Positions 26,265 through 38,000 of a DNA stretch of 64,000 nucleotides are shown here, piece by piece. Both the position numbers and the translations under genes were made by a program. Under the pieces are notes generated by a model. That model did not search any database, was not told where the DNA came from, and saw only the letters and a list, made by a program, of their open reading frames with translations. The first letter of the stretch is position 1; each line of letters opens with the position of its first letter. The DNA lies in the NCBI GenBank assembly GCA_977016875.1, contig CDRNST010000143.1, forward strand, positions 1,426,001 to 1,490,000, in the 5' to 3' direction. The stretch comes from Pavona decussata (taxonomy: Eukaryota).

Positions 26265-27250
26265 AAAACCATCTAGGTTAAAAGTTTAAAAAAGCTTAAA
26301 AAAAGCGACGACGTTTCGACGTCCGCTTAATGTCATTATCAAGTCAACAATGAGTGAAATGAGAACGAATATAAATGTAAAAGAATTCGTAAGAGACACG
26401 AATAAAAGCGAAAATATGTGATGATAATAAAGTATTGAGGAAAGTAGGGCGGAGCTTGTTTCTGATGAGGGCAACAAGCTCCGCTCTACTTCCTCAACCT
26501 TAACTACCCAATTAGTTTGATAAATTCAGCGATCAACAAGTTTTTGCATAATATCGACAACATCGATGCAGACAAGAATACAAGGGATGACAGCTCTACC
26601 ATCATGGTCCCACTACCATTTAAAGATCAGCAATTAGCTAACTCCGTCAAAAAGCAAATGCAAATTTTGAGCGCCAACATTGGAATCCAAATTAGACCCG
26701 TGTTTCAGTCTAAGAAGATTGACCAAATTCTTGCTCTAAAAAAGAAGAAGCCCCCTATTGTTAACAATCAATGCGTGGTCTACAAATTTGAATGTGATTT
26801 GTGCGACGCAGATTATGTCGGGTACACCGCCCGTCATTTACACCAGCGCATTAACGAACACAAATATTCTGCAATCGGGATGCACCTTGAGCAACACCGT
26901 CTATCGAAGACTGGTTTGGTTGACAAGCAATTCTCTGTTCTACAGAAATGTAGATCAAAGTTCGATTGCCTAATCTTTGAGATGTTATTAATTAAGGAAT
27001 TGAACCCTGAGTTAAATACTCAGAAAGACTCTATTCGCGCCAAACTCTTTACGTGACTCTGCCTGCGAATACTTTATTATCATCACATATTTTCGCTTTT
27101 ATTCGTTGTCTCTTAGGGATTCTTTTACATTTATATTTGTTCTCATTTCACTCATTGTTGACTTGAAAATGACGTTAAGCGAACGTCGAAACGTCGTCGC
27201 TTTTTTAAACTTTTAACCATGATGGTTTTCAAAATTTTTAAACTTTTCAA
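26265..27250 (+). mobile_element. 5'-truncated Penelope-like element (GIY-YIG endonuclease end) with an inverted 5' pLTR
   Basis: ORF 26517-27056 contains VVYKFECDLCDADYVGYTARHLHQRINEH...EMLLIKELNPELN; 26265-26435 is the reverse complement of about 27068-27245. Confidence 0.9.
27160..27198 (+). ncRNA. Variant hammerhead-like motif in the Penelope pLTR
   Basis: gac-TTGAAAA-t-gacgtt(aagcg)aacgtc-GAAA-CG-TC-gtc; the core deviates from CUGANGA. Confidence 0.4.
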
Positions 27251-27943
27251 CTTTATCACAATTTTTTATAGTTAAATTGCTCAACAAATCTCTTCTTCTA
27301 CGAATTTTAAAATACTTTTTTTGAAACCTTTTTTCCTTGAGGATATTAGCCAACAATTCGAGATAAAATAAAGTCTAGGGCAAGTTTGTACTTAACATTG
27401 GCACAAATCGAAAAAACACGGATTTGACAAAATATCTTTTGGGTTCGATAACTTATCGCGGCTTTCGGGGAACGGAACCCGAGTGCCCTAAAGTTTAAAG
27501 TATTGTAATTACAATGTAATTCATGTTTCGCGTTTACGTTTACCCTTTAGGCCTAATACTGACCAGCTTCAAATCTCTCCTACAATCGCACTACTTGATC
27601 AACCATACAAGTAATGAGAATTAAGGAAATGATCCCCAAAGACGTCTTGATGCTTAACTACTCTCTCCCAACTATCACCATAAGAAATAACAGAAAACAG
27701 TTAGGAGAATGTGCATGTTGATATTGTTAGTGGTAATTTGTCGCCCATGCCCTACAGTACCTCCCGAGGGTAGGTCACCTGACAAATCGAGCATTTGCGT
27801 CGACAGTTTGTAGTGTTTTGACGTGTTGAAGATCGCTCGCTGTTTTCCAGTCATGTCCAATACCCACCACTTGTTTAGATTCGACTCGTACGAATGTGGC
27901 ACACGACTGCTGCAAGTGGTGAGTGTGACACTTTTCTTCGTAA

Positions 27944-27972
27944 TCCTAACGCTAACCCTAACCCTAACCCTA
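27944..27972. repeat. Short (CCCTAA)n telomere-like run
   Basis: cctaacgctaaccctaaccctaacccta. Confidence 0.7.
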
Positions 27973-29090
27973 TAATTCGTGCTTGAATTGACATACCTTA
28001 TAAAAAAGATTAAACCACTTTAAAATTAAGCAAGAAAACAAAAAATAACCATGTCACATGACGTTTATTTTTGGTCCAAATAGTGGGCTGGCATCTCGTT
28101 AACGAAGCGGCCAAGTCAATTCGTACGAGTGGTAAAACTGCATCTCATTAAAGAAGGCCACAGGCCTAGTTGACTCGCACGAGTCGCTCTATTTCTCTTT
28201 AGCCTGCCATTTGTTTTGTTCTGTGTTTTTGAACATTTGTATTATTTTTTAGCTGTACCGAACTCGAACCCGAACACCAAACTATAGAACGAGTAACAGA
28301 ATAAACGTCTTCAGCGGCCATGTGCATGTCTGGGTATTTCTCCAACAGATATTAAGAAGTCGACTTTTCAACTAACATTCTTGTAGAATATACTTCGTTC
28401 TTCGTGTTTGAAATGACATACCTTTTAAAAAAAGATTAAACTGCTTTAAAATTAAGAATGAGAACAAAAAATAACCATGTCACAGATACCATTTTGGGAT
28501 TTCCATCCCAGCCGAAACTTCTCACAGTAAGGTTTTTGTCAAACGCTCAGATTCAAAAACTAAAAGCAATTAAACACAGCGTCACCACCTATTATGTTGC
28601 AGACAGCCAAAAAGAGAACAAACTAACAACATATATCTGAAAAATTGAAAGCGAAAAACTGACCCGCATGCACGAGTCGCAACAAAAGTGAAAACTCCGT
28701 AAGTTTTCTCCCAAGATACAATCCTATCTTAAAGCTTAGCTTTGGTTTCGCTTTACTACAGTCTGTGATTGGTTTAAAAACCTCACGTCACCTTTTGATC
28801 AATTAGAAATAAGACCAAAACCAATTATATCTTGATCGTGCGAACTTTCCGGCGTTTGACGTCATTTACGTGAATTTGCTTCGAGTTCTGATTGGCTTAT
28901 TCTGTTGTTTGCGTCTGATGTGATTGGTGCAAGTTTTCCCGCGCTTGACGCCATTTACTTGAATTTCTTTCGAGTTGTCATTGGTTCATTGTGCTGATTG
29001 CCTCTGACGTGATTGGTCAGTAAGCCACGATTGGTTTGAACTTTACTTCTAAAATGATTCCATTCTACTCAAGTCAACAAGTTGATTCCG

Positions 29091-32000
29091 TTATTCCTCG
29101 TTCAACTTCCCCCGGGGTAGGGGCATCCCAAAAGCCCCGGGTATTTGAGGGGGGTTGCTGACAGCACTCCGTTGCAGTAAGTTCCTATCAGCAGCCGTGC
29201 TCCTCTTCTCATACTTGAGTAACGATCTTTGTTCCTTTCTTTTCCGCTTAATTTCCTGAATCCACTTGAACTCGCCGACTGGTTGGCCTCGGACCATTCT
29301 TATAAACTGAGGGTTCTTTTTCCGTGTGGCCTCATATCGCTCTGCACAACGGTGTCCTTGGTACCTTACTCCACGTGGACCTTAAAACACAGAACCACAA
29401 ACAAAAGAGAACGACTGAGTGATAATAACTGTGGCTAAACACTGTATCTCAGAGTTGCAATTAACTTTATTTCCAACGACAACAAGTGCAAAAATAGACC
29501 ATTTCCGAGCTACCTTGAACCTTATTATGAAAGCCAGGCTAAGTGCAAAGTTATTGTTACGAAAATTAGTTTTCGTTCACATGCAAACAAAACTAATTTT
29601 CATTTGAAAAGTATTGCACTTAGCCTTGCTTTCATAGTGAGGTTCACAGCAACTCGGAAATGGCCTATTCTCAACCTTGAATGTATCATGAATGTGGAAA
29701 AAAAAACTTACGTTTCCCAGTATGTGTTAATGACGGCCATGTCGGAGCCAGCTTTCTTATACGTATAGTTCAACACCAATTAGGATGTAAAATATCTTGA
29801 ACAAGAGGAGTAGTCTCCGATTTCCAAACACCATGAATTATTATTAAAGGTTTGAGAAGCTATATATCAACCATTCAAACACCTCGAAGTTGGCTAATAA
29901 AAACTCGGCTGTGTCTCGTTTTCTAACCTACTTCTCGGTGTTTGGAAATCAGATAAAACACTCTTTCGAGCGTTTGAGATAGCTTCTCAAACCATGAGTA
30001 ATTCTTCGAGAAATTCAAACCAAACGTTGACCAAATTTGATGATAATTAAGATCACATTTCCAGACCTTCTTCACGGTAGTGATTTCCTTTGTTTTCTCG
30101 TCCTTACTCAACCCTTATAAGGTAGCTTAAGGTGGGGGTATACGTGAATTTGAATGGAATTTTAAGAGGTTTAAAGAAGGGATAAAAGAAAGAAAATTGT
30201 TTTTGGAACACCAACAGACAGTTGCCCCCAACCCAAGAGCACACCAGTTTGGTAGGGGACTGTTTGGATGTCAATACATCAATTTTTAACTTCGAATTCT
30301 AATTTTTAAACTACATCAAACCTCAACTATTTCTTATTTCTCCAAATTTTACTAATCTTTTGAGAAAATATATGTACTCCCAAATATACCTAAAAATCAC
30401 CAAAAAATTTCCAAAACACCCCAAAACATTGATTTGTGTTTTGAGCTAAGGGTTTTTGCATTGCTTGACACGCGAACGAGATATTTCCATTAAACCGATT
30501 TTAAGCGGCGTGGAACGGCTTTCAGGTGTACCCCCGCCTTAACCCTTCCCACCCATAGTCAAGCTCACCTCTCTTGGTGACAATAGTAGGCAGCAGAGCC
30601 GGCTCTCTTATGTCCAATCCAATCCCATCAGGGGTATGCGCCTTCAGTGACACTAGCGAGCCACTCCCAGCAGTCACAGCCACCCATCCTACATTGGACA
30701 ACACCACGTCAGCAGCACAGGACTCCCAACCGATTCCTTCGACGGTGAAGTCCTCTGATTTGAATCGCGGAAAAGTTTCCATGCGCTCTTTTCCGCCACA
30801 TGGGACCTGTTGTTTGCACAAAATGGATTAGGACTGGGAGAGAGTTTTGCTGCTCGTTCTTCCAACTTTCGCCTTCGTGCAAAACACCGCCAGCTACGTA
30901 NNNNNNNNNNNNNNNNNNNNNNNNNNNNNNNNNNNNNNNNNNNNNNNNNNNNNNNNNNNNNNNNNNNNNNNNNNNNNNNNNNNNNNNNNNNNNNNNNNNN
31001 NNNNNNNNNNNNNNNNNNNNNNNNNNNNNNNNTGTTACCATCTACGCAGGCTAGTTTACATGATACTGGGAAGGTACGGAACGTGATTTGGGGCTTGGAA
31101 TATTTATCCAAGAGGCTCCAATATCAAGACGTACAATCTCCTTACTGTTCTATATATGTCTTAAGATGCTAGTTGAGGGAGTTTCTCTCTACATCAATCG
31201 TTTCATTTCCTTCATTCTCGTAACCTGTATGTTTGATCAAGAGGTGATATTGTGAGAAGAAATTAGATGTTGGTCACTATTGAGGCCTTGTTTCTTGCTT
31301 CATACCTTACTATAGGATATTAACCCTTGTTATAAGTACGTAAATTCCGGGTGAGTTTCGAAGGGCTGTTTGAGATGGCATTGACTGACGTTTGGACAAC
31401 CTGAGCGGAAGTCATTATCAGGTTGTCAGGTTGTCGAAACGTCAGTCAATGTCACCTTAAACAGTCCTTCTCATAGGCTCGATTTCCGCCGCTCCCTCCG
31501 TCTCCTCGGGGGTGAGCGTGGGCTCATTTTCAGAACAGCGGCTGGTAATCGAGGCTATCCTTCTCAAGACTACACTCAATCTCGTCCCCAGAGCCCGCGC
31601 GCGTTTTAAGCCAGCGCAGGCAACTCGTCCACGACTCCCACGACTCTTGCTTCCTAGACTGCAAGCAGTCCCTTTCTGGTTAGTCGAGATGGTGTGCCCC
31701 AAGCCCCCCTCCGCTCGTTCGCTCTAGTTTTTTTTCGAGCTCGGCTATTTCGCGCGACCTTTCGACTATCCAGAAAGGGACTGCTTGCAGTCTACTTGCT
31801 TCCTTGGTGCTGAAACAAAAGGAACGCAGCCTCTGGGAACGAGATTGGACTACACTAAGCCTGCGTAACTAGCGTTATTATCCGTGCGCAAATATTAAGT
31901 TTTGGCGGCGGAGCCAGCATCAACCAGCGGCGTAAGCCACGAGAAGGAAATCAGCTTTTCTCCATTCCCCCTCGCCACTAGTTCGCCCAACATTTCCCCA

Positions 32001-35000
32001 GGTGCGCATGCTGGACTACACTCACCCGGATGATCATAATCTGTACGTCCTTATGACATGACTCCTGGGTTCAAACCATTTACAGACTAACACTTGTGTT
32101 AATTTACGGTATTTGAAATTAATGCGACTTGGACGAATACCGACATGGCGCATGTACTTACTCCAAGCAGTTCTGTACCGGCATGTTTATCATACACTTC
32201 ATCTGCCTGCGCTTCTTTACAAATGTGCACCGGTAAATTAGGAGATGTAATCACAGTGAAGAAGATAGATTTGACTGCCTAAAATTACAAAAGAGACAAA
32301 TTGATTAATTGATTGGTTAGTGGGTTAATTAATGATTAAAAGTGAAAGGACACTATTGACCATTCTTAGGAGTTTTTGAGAATCTAATTTCTCCCTCAAA
32401 CCTCAAAGAATTTTGTTAAATAATGCCAGAAACATTTACTTCTTTATTTTGTGGGAAGCTGGTCATTTATCATACCGGAACATTTGCTATTTGATTGACA
32501 TTCTGGACAGCTCCCTTGCACGGGAGAGTTAATGACTTTCTGCCGGGGAGAAACACCCAGTTGTAGTGTTCTTGTTGTTTTCTTTCGAGGGGGAGAGGGG
32601 TGAGGGGTGGAATGGGACTTACTGGCTGAACGAAGAAGAAAGAATTTAGGAAAAGCAGTAGATGAGGCTAAGTGTGGGCAAAGTTTTTGTGCCACGTGGC
32701 CAATGATTTACCGGTAAATCAAGTAGCAAACACTGCAAGCACAGCTACAAAGCGCATATAGAAACTTAACCAGTCACAAAACGGAAAATGTTGAAACCTT
32801 TTCTTGTTCTCTCCTCACAATTAGATACTGTTTATCTCAACTATCAAGCTATTGCCGTCCTTTAGTTGTATAATAAATTTAGTTGTAATTAATAGTGTAA
32901 TAAATTATTGTTGTAAAACTGTAGTTAGTTTGTTACATGCAGTTTGTAAGTTACTTTGTAGTAGGGTTAAGTAATTTGTAATTGTTTTTTTTTTTTAATA
33001 TTTAAATGTGAAAGAATAACAAAAATTATTAAAATTACAAAAATAAACCTTACACGGGGAGAGTACGGAGGGGAGTGAATAGGGGTATGTAAATCCACCG
33101 ATCCGCTAAAATCAATGGCTTAATCCGCCGATCCACTAAAATTAATTCCTGAATCCGTCGATCCGCTCAAAAAATCAACTAAATCCGAATCCGCAAATTG
33201 TTTGCCGCGTTGGATGATACGCGAGATACAAAGCGACTTCAGTTGTTGGAGTTGCCTTGCGTGACATTGTGTTTTAGCGTTGAGGATGACTATCAACGAA
33301 ATATTTATGTAACCAACGTCTGTATCGAAACAAGATCTTGCAGATACGAGAAAAAAGAGCAAACTTGAACTTCCTAACGACCAAAATCCAAAATCCGGGC
33401 CCCAAAACTGGATAAAACCGTAATCATAGGATCCGCAGATCCGTTAAAATTTCGCTCTGAATCCAGAATCTGGGCTAAAATATTTACCGAATCCGCCGAT
33501 CCGTAGACCTAATCACCCCCCTCAGTATGTATACTGCAAATCAAACTAAAGTTCATTCCTTTTGGGGCTATTCCTGAATGGAAATACTCATGTGTGTACT
33601 GTGCGTACTTTCCTCTTCTTTTACTGATTATCCTGGCTCACCTCGATTAGCACTGCTATCTGCAGAGCCAGGGGATTAAGGATTTATTGGCAAATAATAA
33701 AATGTTGTTGTTGTTGTTGTTGTTGCTGTTGTTGTCACGATCAGAATACATGGTAATACCTTGAGGCTAATTTGCACAATCTGATTGATTGGGTTGATTC
33801 GGCCCAGTTTGACAAAGAAAACCAGTGAGTGCATAAAAATCGGCCCCAAATCAGAAATCAGCCAAACAATTGTAACGTTTAAATTGGCGCATGCAATTGA
33901 ACCTACTAAAAGGGCTGATAAATCAGTACATCATGTAAATCAGCCTTTAAGGACGGTGCCTACTAACACCGATGTATTTTTGCATGGTTTATGACTATGT
34001 GGAAAAAGCAGATCTTAGAAAGGGCTATTGAAATCCAAAAAGGAAAATTGGGGTAACCACACATTTTTTAGAGATAAATAAGCAACAATTATTCTAAAAA
34101 GCAGTAAAATATAAAGCAATACTGTATAAAAAATTATGGTGTCTTCTTTTTTTTTTTTTAATTGAAGATTTATTATCCCTGAAAAATGCATGGTTACCCC
34201 AATTTTCGTTTTGGATAACAAGAGCACTTGCTAAGTTCTGCTTTCTTCGCATAGTTTTAAACCATGCAAAAATATCCCTGTATTAGTAGGCACCACCCAT
34301 AGGAAACCCGAGTATCTCGAGATGTGCAGAACGTATGCGTAGTAACAAAAGTAGGCACCATCCTTAAAAGCATTGTTTCAAGGACCCATTGTACAGGACA
34401 GTTTCAGAATCAATGAACTGGTATTCTTTTGAGACATAAGATTAAGCAGAATGGCACCAAATGAAATGTGTATGAGCAGAGGAAGAAAGATACCTCTGGA
34501 ATTGTGTCCCACTCATCAGCACTGTCTCGTTTCTGTCGTTTTATCTGTACAACGGAGATCAAAACAAAATTAGGGAAGTGGTCAAAACTACTATACTCAG
34601 ACAGGGCTCACCAAACCATAAAATAGATGGTCGTATCTGCCTCCACCCCCCCCCCCCCCCCCTCTATCCAGCAGTAAAAAATGACAATGAGATTCCAACT
34701 TCACTTTTCTTGTTTATGTAACAATGTTGGCTCTTGCTAGTTAAATACTTGAGTCAACTCAAATTTGAAACCAACTGTACTGTTCATGAGAAAGGTGGTG
34801 TCTTTGATAAACCCCCATCCCTAGATAAGGTGGGTTCACTTCTAATAAACTTGTTATGGCCAATCAGTCCCTTATTGGCACATAACAGGCCCTCGGTTGT
34901 CACTAAGATTTTGTCATTAATTTTCCTGAGCTTTAAAGCCACATTTTGTATTAATTTTCTCATGATGCTTCTTGGGAGAATTTGTTTAAACATCGCTTGA

Positions 35001-38000
35001 GACATTTTTGTACCTTTGGTGCCCATTTCCCATATTCTCATGACCTAAAAGTTTTATCAAGCTGTGATATTGTAAGGAGAAAAAATTAAATAAAATTTAT
35101 TTAATTTGTTTAATGAGGGTGACATTTAACAGTCTACATGACTGACAAACCTGTGGCCCTCAGATACCAGATCAAATAGGCCTTATCACGGTTTTTGATG
35201 CCATTTTGACGAGTACGCAAACACGCTTGAAATAACAGTGATTGCACGGAAATCCGATGTCAAATAATTTTCATAAAACATCGCTTCTGAAAAATTCATT
35301 AATTGGAAACTTTTGGCACTAAGAAAAGGATTTTGGAAAAAAAAATGGAGGGATGTAGCTGTGCCAGAAAGCGTCCAGTTGTGTTTTGAACTTTCCATAC
35401 ATTTGTCTGTATTTCTTTCCCGCGAACTATTTTTAGTAGCAGTTCACAGCTGGTTCGCTATACACTGTCAGACAAATGTATGGAAAGTTCAAAACATGAC
35501 TGGACGCTTTCTGGCACAGCTACATCCCTCCAATTGTTTTTCTTAAAATCTTTTTTGTAGTGTCAAAAGTTTCCAATTCATGAATTTTTCAGAAGCGACG
35601 TTTTATAAATTATTTCACATCGGATTTCCATACAAACACTGTTATTTCAAGCGTGTTTGCCTACTCATCAAAATGGCATGGAAAACCGTGACAAGGCCTA
35701 TTGGAATTTGCAAATGTTGGTTTTCTAGGAGAGGTACCAGAGTACCTGGAGAAAAACCTCTGGAGCAAGGACGAGAACCAACAACAAACTCAACCCAAAT
35801 ATGACGCCAAGTCCTGGAATCGAACCCAGGTCACATTGTTGGGAGGCGAGTGCTCTCACCACTGCGCCACTGCTCCCTCCCTAATTAGATGCTGTGAACA
35901 CTATCATTTTGTGCATTAAAATTAACAATCTATTAACAAAATTGGTCAAAATTTCATGATCTCACTGGAGCCTTTTGAAATGATTTCATGCTTGTGAATG
36001 CAAAACAAGGTATGCAGTGTATTTCACTTCACCTCAAGATAGTCCACTCGTCCAAGTCCCCCCAACAGTAGAGATTGGCCTGGTTTAAGAATAAAGGACC
36101 TGGGTACAAGCCAAAGTGCTGGATTTAATAGTTTTAGCTCACTGATCGTCAACAGGTTTGTAATCTGCCAAGATATAAGCATGCTTAAATTAAATTAAGT
36201 TTTGGTGATTTATTACACCTAACAAATAAATATTAAATCCAAACAAACAATAATCAAATACATGTAGAAAAATAAAAATTAATTAATAATAAGTAAACAC
36301 AATAATCAAAGATTAATGAATGTGTTTGATGATCTCAATCCCAGGCTCTGTCTTTCCTTTGCCAAGTTGGTGATGACGTCATCCGCCCCTGCAAAATCTG
36401 CAGGAGATGCCAGATATGCATCCCAAGATCCATTCATTCAGTTTTTGATCGATTGATTGTCCCATACAAATTATCTCAACTCCAAACGCAATAAGGAGTT
36501 AATGTTCTCTCTACGTCAAATGCAATTAAATTGTTACAAATATACAAAGTTTGAAAACCTGCTTTTCACTGATGACTCCAGGTGTTGTTACAAATATACA
36601 AAGTTTGAAAACCTGCTTTTCACTGATGACTCCAGGTGTGTCATACATCCAAGTCTGATTTTTACTCGGCTGATCTGTCACTGTCACAAATCTTGGTTTA
36701 ACAATGGCAAGATCACTGGATCTATTTTTCAAGTGTGGGAGGACCAGTGTGTTTCTCTGTCTCCCTCGTCTGGTATTTCGCCTCTCTCTGTAGCTTGTCT
36801 CTTCTTTGTCAATGATTTCCTGGTCAATTTCAATTTCAGGATCTTCTGATTTCTGCCAAAGAGAATGAATCATGATATGATTGCATGCACAGTAATGGTG
36901 GTGTGGTTGGTACATGTACAGAGGTCAGCAGATACAAAGATCCAGGGTTCAAGAACAGTTAATATTTGTAAGAAACCAAACTGTTTCTCCCCATCAAAGT
37001 GTATTAATGAACCATTTGGCAATAGGCAGAACCTAACATAAAATGTTGCAGGCATCCCTGCACAGATGCCCCCTCCCAACCCCACTTCCCTGGGACCATC
37101 CAGGAGAGCTGTAATGCTCCTAGTTACCTGAGTGCTGACACTGAGTAGCCACCTGTCCGATGTCTCTGACTCTCACTCAAACTCTTGGTGTTGGAATAAA
37201 GTTTAAAGCCCAGGTCAAATGGTGCATGATAGTCAATGATAGCTGATGATCATCAAAACTATCATCAACTGTTATCAACTATTAAGTGGGTGGTCAAATG
37301 GCTCAAAGAAACTTGTGATAGCTGACAATAGTTTAACGTGGGCTTCTAGTGTAGGCACCTGCCAAGTGTAAACATCACAAACAAAACTTTGCATGTATGA
37401 ATTTTTCGCGGCGAAAGTGAGCAGCAGCCTGCTTCATTTTCCTTCAGTTGTTGGAAGAACTAACGGAAAATTAATCTAGAGAGCGCTGGTGGAGAAAACG
37501 GCTGACCGAAAAACTATCATAGACTATCATGTGCGTGGACAAATGGGAAAAACTATCGCCAACTATCATGATGAATATGAACACGCTCAAAGTGAATGAT
37601 AGTTGACGATAGTCAATGACTATCATCGACTATCATCAACTATCATTGACTATCATTCACCATTTGACCAGGTTGTGCAGAACACATTATCTCTTCCCAC
37701 CCTGGTGTACAAATAAGTGTCAGTAAACCATTGAGCAAAATCTAATAAAATATTGGGATAACTCTGCAAGGTATCTCAGGGGGAGAGTAGCAATGCTCCT
37801 CATCACTACATGCTTGGAAAACCAGATTTCACCATTGCACTGGTGAGCCACCTTGCCAGGCTTTTAGTTAGAAAGCTTCCAAAAGGAATACCTCCTGTGA
37901 AAGCTTTTTCATATCATCTGGTATCTAATGTTATTGGAATCTGCTTGACAAGCAAGTTAATCCCATAGATTTTGTACAAATACACAACCACTTCCTTCTC

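Noticed and set aside
26461-26470. CTGATGAG as a hammerhead core or C/D-box motif
   Set aside because: It is Penelope ORF sequence (SDEG) in a fold-back loop, with no matching GAAA or stem II
29711-29780. Possible NOA1 exon ending in a GTAAG donor
   Set aside because: The only nearby AG gives an in-frame stop; exon 6 joins cleanly to 29380 instead
30689-31172. Several ORFs containing X runs
   Set aside because: Artefacts of the 132-N gap
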